From IMG/VR virus record IMGVR_UViG_3300042860_003408, positions 1-64,000 of that record: DNA of 64,000 nt; one strand, given 5' to 3'. This DNA comes from a virus. The position numbers and the translations under genes are program-made. This document shows, one piece after another, positions 50,401 to 56,600 of the stretch (its first letter is position 1; each line of letters opens with the position of its first letter). Under the pieces are notes generated by a model. It was not told where the DNA came from. It saw nothing but the letters and a program-made list of their open reading frames with translations, and did no database searches.

Positions 50401-50617
50401 CCTCAGAGGAATAGATAAAAACTTTGATGGATTAATTTACAGGAAAGCATTGTATACGGCTGTATCTAGAGCTCGTAGAACTGCTACTGTAATTACTAAT
50501 ACTAAAAAATTAAACTCAGAGAAAAAACAAGTTTCAGCTGATGGAACTAAAATACCTGAGTCGTTTAAACCAAATAATAGTCTGATTGGAAATGAAAGAC
50601 CGTCAGATAAATGTTAA
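32405..50617 (+). CDS. Giant virion RNA polymerase polyprotein (6070 aa) with accessory domains
   Basis: 'GYRIPTQG' and the catalytic loop 'GSDFDVDKL' (DxDxD at 43286-43300); zincin HEAFH (38810); NADAR (~46100-46625); SLOG-like (~47110-47760); DUF1848-like (~47890-48750); SF1B helicase (~49050-50500). Confidence 0.88.
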   Translation: MTREDIKRALQGEDTRFGEYVRSRSSVYGQGRSELDELKRRNEYEEAKRKRPSKDEPKRKAARDESKDAEDGQKKLPLENETKKGNDYNFFADSYRTFVGGKNQTEIDNALGELKYNLPVFKYSSDMLSSKEVQSDEDLYKAARFAREMQSNAKAQALFQKNEELSAEQARLKSLYESGDKSVSAAFINNEPWNPESKGKTIYSLTGAVQQGEGPSFLEKADMMMGASHGYAEWEQMKGMVSGLFRTVGTSLVAAAVAPVISVMGKVSLGNAVGNILGGLTLKTAADVAIDKPVDLISNLSDATRFSMGYVPAVAGGLIGAGVNKFMPSGDVRQGYIDIDDSLVPEDTKYAYSKYKDLIKNWSKVGGDFDGTIPSIDDVLDGKESLHSYTGEKVGKFDSVLAKKTKDAQESIKTDLNDLRMWGAPSEYATKKVEENDWYWGKMLNTSGMSMSEFEGQVGLIALNSAISLATKKPTIGTKLLSSLALTGANAAFAVRSRDSEFFSQFSQAFNEKQDAILGENAISKMSYEELLSHISEPKETMDKVMSQFGKYDKSQERHKRETLEMLIRTGIVKSDIPGINEAAVAASDGSDELARQYRSMIYSDMGQNGLMLASLMPIKGGIPKAMQGLAKSTSDYYKNLSLSSFIRNNRAGRVLGKTAQLASEVGWEAFVDEPLFEEIPQTMMDMKFKEGSLKENAGIFGSYLDKNKTISTGAKALFGLSGDERYDKNAELLDTYWSTVMSVAFMGAGRNVISSPAHIKELNRSFNADKLFDSVIEPGIKTSAFKAKASAYIGAVKNGQFDFVIENLKELQKNPPEGYTAEDITNEIKLAKRIASIADSKFVREYAKKSGGYGSEDHLLLTSLISDHENAAREGYLESRTANEAEANLLANFDETTFSKLVTSINTTREDADKISTGAAIGIAMLRNKLAAIATISVNDPLESKASKIKSNLITRAASDDLGSVSSNLIDALLNAKLITEEQGAELLKIENSKDLSDAIDEFVPIELNDDIKDMAYGLVSSYGAQYEEHMASILRGDQTLYNREKDTKVDRFHDVDELLDMHRKSLESNEKEQRVLEAAETKREEKKREAKTKPETTVVAEPVVEPIVVELESLEPKWEIPSAPEIVEYESLESAPEVETEQVPPLDETDIPPLTEADLNSSVNRAEELLADDNFDPFSDYDKEEEAAKQAADNQEEQAPTQGITNNGTIYPVLDLSKIDTDNFIYVTHQTDIVGLEQILSRGFDIRNGLNGTSLFGNTESIQSQMDSINSGHGHRGASRMIVFAFPKSKFGNVRQLDEISDMLIDEGIFSIPGQYVFGVFTENNKPITQEAAPQKSKQDELKEKLNARLAHLADVATDVLGSKMNATGKQYSSKDFLPAMTGVLEVIMELGYTSFVDVVSNASDAMKGNAVLAGLIDRISPKQWRAAYNSAADFAEGTQSEEEVIAYSNDDVKAIVAGTYKKEEEIDINEDLEDLNQPEKTEEEENKEASKEISEIVKGAAAISIAMEKEDSSDFVNIDDEAPGTIDEDKVSVRFGRLPHTLFTSNPEIIKWLKTPKALEGATFEIEISTIPFDKVPQSRKDAGDYIPFDINNPNSWNEAAIFVKIKDKNGVVRPLNISFHNIAVNSMFEDSDGNMYPKFNEQDIADLVDFRNKIIALYAESLANGSNKELVVSGVSIGRAKIKLNRKNGKPVQRSLSKIKGLIEGFNGDFSTINNNTLSLAYGRGWRGNFTVVGIDGVIGDTDEQNSGSMFAVKIDPVLGTKRKIKLNKRRFSEDKDTAEFIYKLLIDWNMSKGELALDRDGNVVLAGDGASNRLGISAEGLLSKIVNFGKRTQINKKDLPMLTHLLPKQFYVEGNSLYLGEAKFDISNPAGISPEIKAQIIDYIKNNFNWSINAHDLWNQTGANRKVADVFSGITDYFRSNPEAKSIKFFEGMEIKREDLGLTWEAWIVKYDKLISDVADDIFESPYTFLNDVELADRMDKPTIKKVAKKKTDAKEAALEPVSDTQKADVVETSTNTQKSLESPENGLKSDASEQVSGKKKFKKRTSGDVDKISDLGVNAVGPTRLSTSHAEEDNLTNSEQAWARKRISSLIEISDTEIEMENGDIAMGVANILKNIITLFSGAERGTAYHEAFHIVSLGLIPRNRRMMIYDSVRRTIPSLSDATNKDIEEYLAEEFRVWRETNKIGIKIPMLRSVFRKFSNLFTGMKSANKSDINRLFEDIEYGIFKNKKGPKAKSEQSKFFTRFYVDGAARTLKSKGFNAINTLDMQYEVAKGLAFSFIELSGVEKVSDIRNMSKDVLYDSILAEYEYMEENGMEDTLKYKIYEDILDKFDEEIVPLINKELSSFGIAPAVFDVDGNEIEDNDKDIVSNEIAKHTVESYKVPKSDNIPMEVKFFLWTIPQKEKNADGVVVDKFNPLTGFKLFYDQTTSWVTVASDLGHLKSYTEMRNKIYSLGVVSGNLFYRSVLDKLDNSSDRFKTAFFAAVKCHRHDFASIAFTGDKNGNMAEADRRLRVIESKATTAKITKPKEWGENMMSIGFLFSDSVDGPVFNKANAESIIARHKALVSFAGRLTNPLEAEKITDEQITAAINEYIDIFNKIGISINDATIDEIIKHSYPNASRKNAIASLITQSKPEHPSFVLTNIITDLVKNDGKLIVNRKEKVDRKEIYKSQKSTGFIAMMYFKANPNITETTSTGADGAKVYEISLPNYVTETAERISTDTEYRDKVMQSSFASGRIGGAAFEGDRTTVGGSIVLDQLQSGESKGLKVKTFLKFYEDNSGDKGRDYFALSPMEDYMMKMAATNSGYMLCPTMADKKSWYMFAGIKMPSFSVSKQEGTPIAVDMNSLKDGLVRQSITFPTKTVAIFNGYFEAEYLAMQDAWSAWKVAMGNKNKLEQTYHYGGFSQRGANKYTTKGKWNSGLGNGMKFRHFDEISIDIKGDGSFVNLNEYQEELIDQYGVINGMTRFFEEMDSKIFNASNETKFQIMNATLANSISRELKWLVKNGAITVQHKKNGVFYKNKKLDKSIFKDTRAYFIKQSNLNSKESLVSDYADTSAIYNMVAEHMVNTSISTIEFEKIFSKDPAFHKDPDAKIKRLSSILSTGTPCLSETGRSTFVSAELNDNEIPSPNLSEIKSRMIAAHVNERHGDELNMTFNEILEAINSGNMDEINKLSDIKMIMNIVDAQTAGYNKVNETDASVFISPVMYRDILRKLGRWNEDLNEAFDLLESEDMSWMEDSAKYLKVMELALNPLKMIYYGDKFSNGLNIPKLDKMAMFCLFRSVATGANKALYERMNNPEDGASKIDMVAFSSAVKSGNNNPIDFFDKDGNVSNLDKFTEEIQHFEFLRHQLETEAHEEEEVGLATQVQKVAMSNIVSDKVYSNITIGGNKGATGRQLIEEWSNALTEISNRGRNDVENELGIKYEGGVLTFDKKKLYGFLHSEAIKSNMTDDVYETLMKAAEPNSRITLQAMADRDWIESKLVSFIMKKTLDVNTPGGAFIQMSTFGINTLTDSITSEGYKLNGGRKLNYMNADGSMDCVVSLSLFKDVLPEDVKLMSPVKQRDWLLMHNIIGPDSDPAALGYRIPTQGMSSVSSLKIIDVIPKIIGDTIILPTEFTALTGSDFDVDKLYLARYNYAKNPAGRFEKVEFDDNKKSEKNPEKSKWQVNSNAAIQNRLLDVMMAAITEPSSIHETRLPLDATTSVIKDDILPDIDSVTGTGEKRGALMFTSPSYQTDKKVEYSTGKKNLGIMALANTNHIYTQMTNLTINPKQRTAAKHGIFELGGIYGADGMRILDWLSAMINAHVDVAKDPYIIRLGVNEHTVNMVAFLLRAGIGGNAFYFLSQPSLKEAYAEVEEFNGKYEVNKDSVKKLHEVIKDKLQKYRAMAARIDGGKNAQYVESLFVEDKYGRRDMPTGDVLNSRSKLKSGLNKDLSNFDYLLHQILVMETYLELLPYSNELSELVKYSQIETKKQGKSFIANNEFISKVNSLILDDDNGTSVFSGVRNYYESTPLMARLRNSSGLIVGISRGLLFRTSRQVLSILNKVNILAGREGFDNSKFMHGVSRYVETAIKDSFYRKYAEQNDIDINSLFFGEDTVAKELFHIKSAINNGHLPGYENNVFLKVLSYTMHSKSEESYPDHVTIDSSAKDDKNIQEKIKYYFSELLNPILEDESQEGLSEQEISALKSRNKDRVMLKDFAKRFILYQFYSTGDNSALNYVKLSEDDRISLEINSGLVDANTGAPIKIALYDFIDDVLTELNELSYEHTPGVALQNDVKFLEDLFISRWWDNELVPTTTAYKVRKGQFDEDGHPLVDQKPKKMSTKKMLGIEYELEFIDTAARPIGSTSDGKHPVFKPFVKIIKTGTNGRQFEILYKYIGNSTRSNAKGDVSIKPVYVAVDKKGSKASGLALIESNSKTSVIKTNELPQSNINSSIFSKEAGFDKVSWFDMFMGLEDKFVESLGASTVDKAVTNAIDNNSYSMSYLDNAIEDAGITDSARIASMREEFARGILSRFNELNLPDNTIAQEDRESALEELKTSAEAYLGQFIRKVEMQPSNNARSINIYAGTGENANLSNLAIRPFTLPTGSSRLNMIKGDISFTSVEQAFQLAKYTYTGNVRDDGSWQPQMLSGGGFGNEMSKEDDEFNWKLAGQIQNSKNPAEAKALGRQFKHLDVDRWNKASSSIMKELLLESFKQNPDALQELLATGNAILTHTQDKGKWSTEFPRLLMEVRDELNADLTTEAEGEQDLTNINESSTLTGYQGRKSDVADNREYNFYSTSEEEARDYGSNVSKKRISLNNFLFKTELLPNGTSVYTEAYDKIYKAFQEKYGSPFDILNNGTPEKIELMNKFFEMVREAGFSGYTEIRKNNNFSQSDNRYIVTFNQKSTAKSISIASEFTNHSGGAYGADTFWDQIGREYGVTDNRHYRQEDNKSLSQALRNKKVEATVLTTEQMDKARTEIEKLLGKKYPDTKEGNLQVRNYYQVSNADAVFAIAKISGDAKFNSGTVFGGTNTAVQLGVQLGKPVYVWDVTSEQWMRFVPEMRKDDKIVGKFVPTSTPMLTKNFAGVGTRDIENYNTLNKTTNQWEPRKEYLGIEKENAAKQAIRDVFENTFKNQENTTASEEEHESTIKSIEGKQESLSKQDQETVNEVFNDGGKPKILIASETSDPVFHVKKIKEIVANRKTNGVNAMYLITKHDGLPLKELAELKIPKFYHFSITTLGGTKYEPGVMKYDDLLDRIETFIKEGLLNPNLITVRIDPIIPGVTNFDDVERVIKRASEMGIRQIKFSVMDSYSGSKNDRFIVAKMKELGYDFAAYKTNDNIKFSAKQEIIDELSVKMRDLCKKYGIRQLSSCAEKVNVDGVQKLGCLNVQSINAAMGRTDVTHVQGNQRQDCSCYGNKVDALRYNDKCASSCVYCYAGHNSVVSLKYYNEDGSLKVNDFTKTSNTEQAIIEPEVTQERFTEFGTTYAFGFVDGKMTSAMYQQGNGEFNNMNMLSAEKAYSRLKSKSENAVVSEVTPDTPSEADINLFGKDIDLSKIGIPYQLNDEQEAALKAIEAWVKDKTITTPFSLLGSAGSGKTSITRVLINALSNAEITYQLLAPTHRAKGVLSRATGKKAKTYHAYFQLVPEAREVGMKLEFGGATNYESNVDLYIIDEVSLISDKSVDEILKVAEATGAKVLFIGDHAQLYPVGNTDAKGMPKQSIGLESPTSIVLNKVMRVANGNPLADVLSIMRMYQAPGLMNINGTEYNFTDQSKAIFSKRDAFNDQGGVVFVGEADRAKAVEQFVDMFFTSEDYSKDVNFAKILAFRNDVIDSMNAYVRAKLGKKGLIEVGEQVIGYSQIKAGKVDLVANDDEYVVDSIGAPREITSYAVPGVTLKVVPIEIRMTTGASAGGVFNLLTDYSEENMLAIRAAILKRKQEISNMDYQEKREANRNFFIALTKDFITLKPIKNSLTDNENASNNLKDRTIGFTYASTVHKAQGGEYQNVLVLDSDLRGIDKNFDGLIYRKALYTAVSRARRTATVITNTKKLNSEKKQVSADGTKIPESFKPNNSLIGNERPSDKC
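38410..38510. repeat. Dispersed phased inverted-repeat element (inside the RNAP polyprotein gene)
   Basis: Left arm CGCTTTAGAGCCTGTTTCTGAC; reverse complement of the right arm is CGCTTTTAAGGCCATTTTCAGGCGATTCTAGCGACTTTT; core span 96 bp. Confidence 0.7.
45945..46036. repeat. Dispersed phased inverted-repeat element (inside the RNAP polyprotein gene)
   Basis: Left arm GCATTTTAAGCCGTTTTAACGAACTC; reverse complement of the right arm is GCTTGTTTTAAGCTCTTCTAAGGCACTTTC; core span 84 bp. Confidence 0.75.
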
Positions 50618-50637
50618 TATAATAAGAGGAAAACAAC

Positions 50638-53600
50638 ATGTGCCCAAATATTAATGATAAAAAAATAAGGAATGATTTTAATAAGATCGTTCAAGCGTTC
50701 GGTGGTCGACCAATGACTATTGATGAGTTTAAATACAAAGAATTGCGTGATGAGCGTAGCGGGGTCGATGACTTCGCTATGCAACATGCATACGCAGTTT
50801 GGGATAAAACAAATGGAGAGCCAAATTTAGACACTCCGGATATACTTAACTATTCTAAATTTGTACTTAGTGGAGATAAGAAGTATAAGGCTGAATACGA
50901 GAAGAATGTAAATAATGGAGCTGGAATATTGCCTATATCTACAAATAGGGATTTATATAAAGAACTAAATCTATTAAATGATGATGGAAATATCTTAACC
51001 TTCCCATACTCAAAGTTTCCTGACAATGAAAAAGGCGAGGCTAAATTCATAGAGGAGGTGTTTAATAAAAAGTCGTCTAGAAATGACATCCAAGGTAAAT
51101 ACTCCTTATCGTTTAAAAAGTCCCCTAATAGTAAAGGTAGAGTTATATGGATAACTAAGCTGGATGAGCCAAAAGAGCTGCAAGGCGAGATTGATTTTGA
51201 TACTCCTGTATATAGCACACAAGAGAGATTGTCCGACTTATCTGAGGCTGATGAGATTATAGTTTCAAATTCGATTAAACAGACAGATGTTGTTCTATTT
51301 GGACATCCAACTATAGGAAAAAGTTTCCTTAAAAACAATGGAGCCGATAGTTTTATTTCTCTAGATGACGACTATGCAGAAGAGATAAATAGAGAGGTTA
51401 GCGCCATTGCGATAAAATATAAAGTAGCCGAACATTTAGTGAAAGATGGCGGAAATATGCAATGGAACGTCGAGTATAACGATATGATGCAGAGGCTGTT
51501 TGATGCTGCCAAAAAAGAGGCCGCCTTATCTGGTAAAATGCTGTTCACGTCAAACACTAATTTACTTAGAAACAATTCGTCTTCATTTGATAGAGTAATA
51601 AACTTAACTGATAAAGAATTCAAAGACAGGGCTAATGCTAGAGGAGTTAAGTATGATATTAATGAATGGAAGGCTCAAATAAATGAAGTGGTAAGTAAAT
51701 TTCCAAAAGAAAAAGTTATTACTACTGATAAATATCTATCCGACCTTCTTCCGAAAAAATCAACAGGAAATGACAGCGGAATAAATACTGTATTCGAGCA
51801 AAATCCAGAATTATCTAAAATTGGAACAAAGGAACAGTACTCACGGTATTTAGAAACGATATTTCCAGACAGCAAAGTAAAAGACATTGTATACCACGGA
51901 GGATCTCCTGCCGCAGATTTTAACAATCCTGAGTTTGGAACTAGTGGGTTCCATGGATTTTTTGCCACAATCAAAAGTGTTGCAGATGAATTCGCAAACA
52001 GATGGACTAGAAATAAGGGTACTACAGGAAAAACAAAGGCTATACTTGTTAACATACAAAATCCAGATATTACTGATAAATTGTACCAAGGAGAGTATAA
52101 AGAGTCTGTTGAATATATAAAAGCAAAGATAAATGAAGGCTCTAATGATGGAATTATAGCGACAAATACAAATGATAAGTTCTCAGATAAGCTTGGGAGT
52201 TATGACCAATACGTCGTATTCGATAAGGAGCAGATTCATATTTTAGGCTCTAAGCAGGATATAGAAGGATTTAAGGCATTTGTAAAAACGACCGATTCTA
52301 AGGCGATTTCAGCCACTCAAAATAACGAGGATAGGCTAACCTCCATGTCTGCCGAGAAAGTGGCTCAGAACGTCTCTAAACGCCAAATAAAGGCCATTGT
52401 AAGAATAGCCGATGACCTTAGTAGAAGGTTTGGTGTAAAGTTCAATGTTATGAATAGAAATACATCTATGTTTTATGGAGTTTCTAAGTCAATGAATACA
52501 GGAGCATATTATAAAGCTGGAGGCGCTGTATTTTTCTACGATACAATAAAGCCTAGTTATATTATTCATGAAATGTTTGGTCACCCAATGATGTTTGCAT
52601 TAAGAGCAAGCTCAGATCCAAAACATAGAGAGATATATGACGCGTTACTTGCGGAGGCAATGAAAAATACAGAGATAGTTAATGCTGTCAACAATTCATA
52701 TATTGACGACGCTAAGACCATAAAAACATATGACGATGAAGTTGTAGGAGATGAAATAATTATTAGGTCTATAGAAAAAGAATATAACAATAGAGAGAAT
52801 AGGAAGATAGCATACTTATGGTCTAGAGCTTTAAGAGCTCTGACAGAGACTATTAAAAGAATATTTGGAAACAACTCCATACCAACAGATATAAATCCAT
52901 ATATATCAATAGGAGATATGCTGGATTATGTATTGTACGGAAAGAATGCTGTTGATATATTATCTCTAGAGGATAAGGACTTAATGGCAAAGTCAGTCGA
53001 CTCGATTACAAATGAAATAAAGGGAATAAATGGAGCTAACATAGCTATAGCTGAATTTCTTAATCTGTTTAAAAGCGATACTTCTAAGCAAAGAGCAATA
53101 GAGCATGGAATAAATGAATATTCAATTGAGAAAGAAAATGATTGTGCATATATTTTAGCATCATTCTCTCATCAGTTATACAAAATGTCTATTTCTAGAG
53201 ATATAATAGTAGAAGATGGAAAAACAGGAAATCGCTTTGAGTTTAAAAAAGTTGATGATATATATCAATTCCCAACTGACGATACTTTATATGGGTTAAA
53301 AAACTCTCACGTAATAGCATTTCTGAGGGCCGCTAGTAGGCTTGGAGATGGCGCCATTACAATTAAGTCAGATAGAACTGAGTTTATTGGCGTTATTATG
53401 AGATTTACTCCATCTATGCTTGTGTCTAAAATAGATGAAAATACAGTAGTCTTGTTTCCAGTAGACAGAATGGCTGATATAGGCCCAGACTCATTTAATG
53501 TCTCATATAGAATGCTTGACTCAGAGATGGTTACATCGGATGAATTAAGTAAGTCTACAGCAATGGCTACAATGAATAGGGTTCTTTCTGGATTGAAATC

Positions 53601-56600
53601 TAAGCTGCATACAGCAGAGAGAAGTAAGAACGTTACTCAGTCCTATCTAGACTCATTGAAATTGCTAATAAAGGACGTTGAAAAACACGAGGCGATGGTT
53701 GGCATGATTAAATTTATAGAATTCTCTGCAAATGAAATCAAAGACGTAAGAGTCAAGCTTGATAAGATGGTAGTCCTTAAGAACACAGGCAAATGGCTTG
53801 ATGATGAGCAGTTATTCGATATATCTAAGAACTTCCTATCTATGTATGACTCAGCAACAGCTGCTATTAGTACAATTATAAACGACTCTCCGTCTATAGC
53901 CAAGGGCTTCCCAAAAGAAGATATAGATAGTCTTATTGCCACCGTAAGAAAGATTAGGTCTGAGATTGATGATATCAAGTCAATGCTTATCGGGCTAAAT
54001 GAATATCAATATGTCAATACTATAAAGAGAGAGGGGTTAAATTATAGATCCACTACAGTTAAAGGTATAACCAAGAAATCTTCAGACACTTCAGAGCAGA
54101 CTGTATTTAGCGAGAGCGACGACATAGGTCAATTAACAATGCTTGTAGGTGCGATGGTGATGTCTCCTAAGGAGCAGCATAGAATACTATTTGCCAAGGT
54201 TGAGGAGGCTAAGATGAACGCTAGACGCACAATGGAGACTGATGGTGTGATTCTTGGTTTAAAAGAAAAATGGGACGCTGTTAGAGCTAAGAGAAAGTAC
54301 GCTACATTCTCTAGATATATGGAGAAAAATGACAATGGCAAAACAACTGGATATCTTCTGTCTGACTTAAAGTATGGTTCGTTCTACAAGAACTACGATA
54401 TCTTTATGAATGACCTTAATTTCAGATACGGATTAACTGGTCATGGAGCAATTCCTATTGATGAAAAAGAAGCCGCTGAATTCCAAAAAGAAAAGAATGC
54501 TTGGATGGAGGCTAACGTTGAGCGCATATTCACTCCTGAGTATTATAAGCTAAGAGAGAATATAAGTCCTTCAACACAAGAGCTTATGACAGAATATGAT
54601 GACATACTTAGATCTTTTTATTCTAAATTCAGAGATGAGAATGGAATAATAAGGACTGAAAGAATGACCCTTGAAGATAAGGAAAGCTTGTTCGACATAA
54701 AGAAGAGAAAAGAAGCCTTATCTATGCTTACATACGCTGATGGTACCCCTAAGACTGTAGGTTCATACGATTATAATGTAGCGATAGAACTTCAAGAATT
54801 CTACAAAGCTACCACTGATGGTATAAAATACAAATTCAATGTAGATGCATTTGAACGAGCCAAGGAAAACGCAAGAAAGACTTTGACTGCAGCTGAGTTC
54901 AAGGAATGGATGAAAGAGAATACTACCGTAAGACTTAAAGATGAGTTTTACGAGATGATTTCTTCATCTGCCAATGAAATGCAATCTGAGAAATGGAAAG
55001 AACTCTACCAAATAAGAAAAGACCTACTTAAGTATAATAGAGATATGAATACTATGGAGGTTATAGGTACAAGGGTTGAGGCTAATAAGCACATAGCTGA
55101 GCTAATAAAAAGAATAGATAAAAAACTATCAGACACTCGAGTTAAGACAACATCTACTGCTAGATTTAAATTTAAAGATATAGCGGAGGTTGTTCCTAAT
55201 CAAGCCTATAATAGTGAAATAGAGAGATTATCAGCAGATAAATCATCGGCTGGCGTTAATGCTCTGAATGAATTTAAAAAGAATTCAGGGTATTATAATA
55301 AAAAAGGTAAATTTACTCTATATTCTCACTGGTCAAAAATAGTTCCAAAGAATAAGTCGTTTATAGAGATCTCTCCGAACTTCATATGGCAAGAGCTAGA
55401 CGAAAGTTCTCCATTATATAATAAGGATTATGATAAGTCTAGAGAGAAATATGGTATGCAACCAAAACGCTCAATGTATGATAACTCTAAGGAATATAAT
55501 AGATTAACTTCAAACAAAGAAGATAAGGAATTTTTAGAAGCGTATAGAAGTGCTATGCAAAAAGCAAATGAGAACTACTTCTATATGAATAGGTCTAATC
55601 CAAATAGATTGCCTCAAATATCTACATCATTCTTTGCAAAGGTTGTTAGAGGCAGCAATTGGATATCTGGATTTATAAAAGCGTTGAAAGACTCTATGAA
55701 TTATATGCCTGAGGATTTATTTATTGGGGATTCAGATTCGAGTGGTAAATATTATGCCGACGGCACAGCTGTTAAGCATATACCAACTAGATATAGAACG
55801 ATGCTTGAGGATACAAATATGATATCCAGGGATTTACTTGGCTCATTTGCTATGTATTACTCGTCATCTCTTAATTTCGTTGAGATGTCTAAGGTTCGTG
55901 GAACCATAGAAACTATACTAGAAGGGCTTAGAAATGTTCAGATACATGATCCAAAAGGGAAAGAGGTTAAGACTGGCGGTAGAATGTACCAAAAAGCCGC
56001 AGAGTTTGTTAACTCAGAAGTTTATGGTGATGATAAAGTAAGCGCACTTGAATTCTCAATATCTAGAGGCAATATCGCTACGTCACTATATAATATGATT
56101 AGGCGAATGTTTAACAAAGAAAAAGTTACTTCTGGTAGAATCGGCTCCGTATCTGTAGACAAGTTTATAAAGGCAATAATATCTTATACTAGGATAGTCA
56201 ATCTTGGATATAATATAAAATCTATATTCAGTAACTTTGGTGGTGCTAAGGTTCAGCAAAAAATAGAAGCATCAATGGGCTCATTCTTTACAGAAAAAGG
56301 ACTTATGTTTGCTAATAAAGAAATAGCTCTACGTTTGCCTAGCATAGTAGCTTCATCCACTAATAGAAGCAATGATAAGATAACGTCTCTTATGAGATAT
56401 TTTGGCATTACAAGAAGCAACGAGTCGGATATGAAAAACTTGCATGGATGGAAATTTGCAAGATATGTAGAAGATAAATTCTGGTATGGCCCATACGAGG
56501 CTGGCGACTTTGCAATAAAGGCTCCGTCTATGATAGCTATACTAGACAACTTTAGGTTGTATGAAGGTGAATTTTATAGTAGAGAGCAATTCTTAACTAG

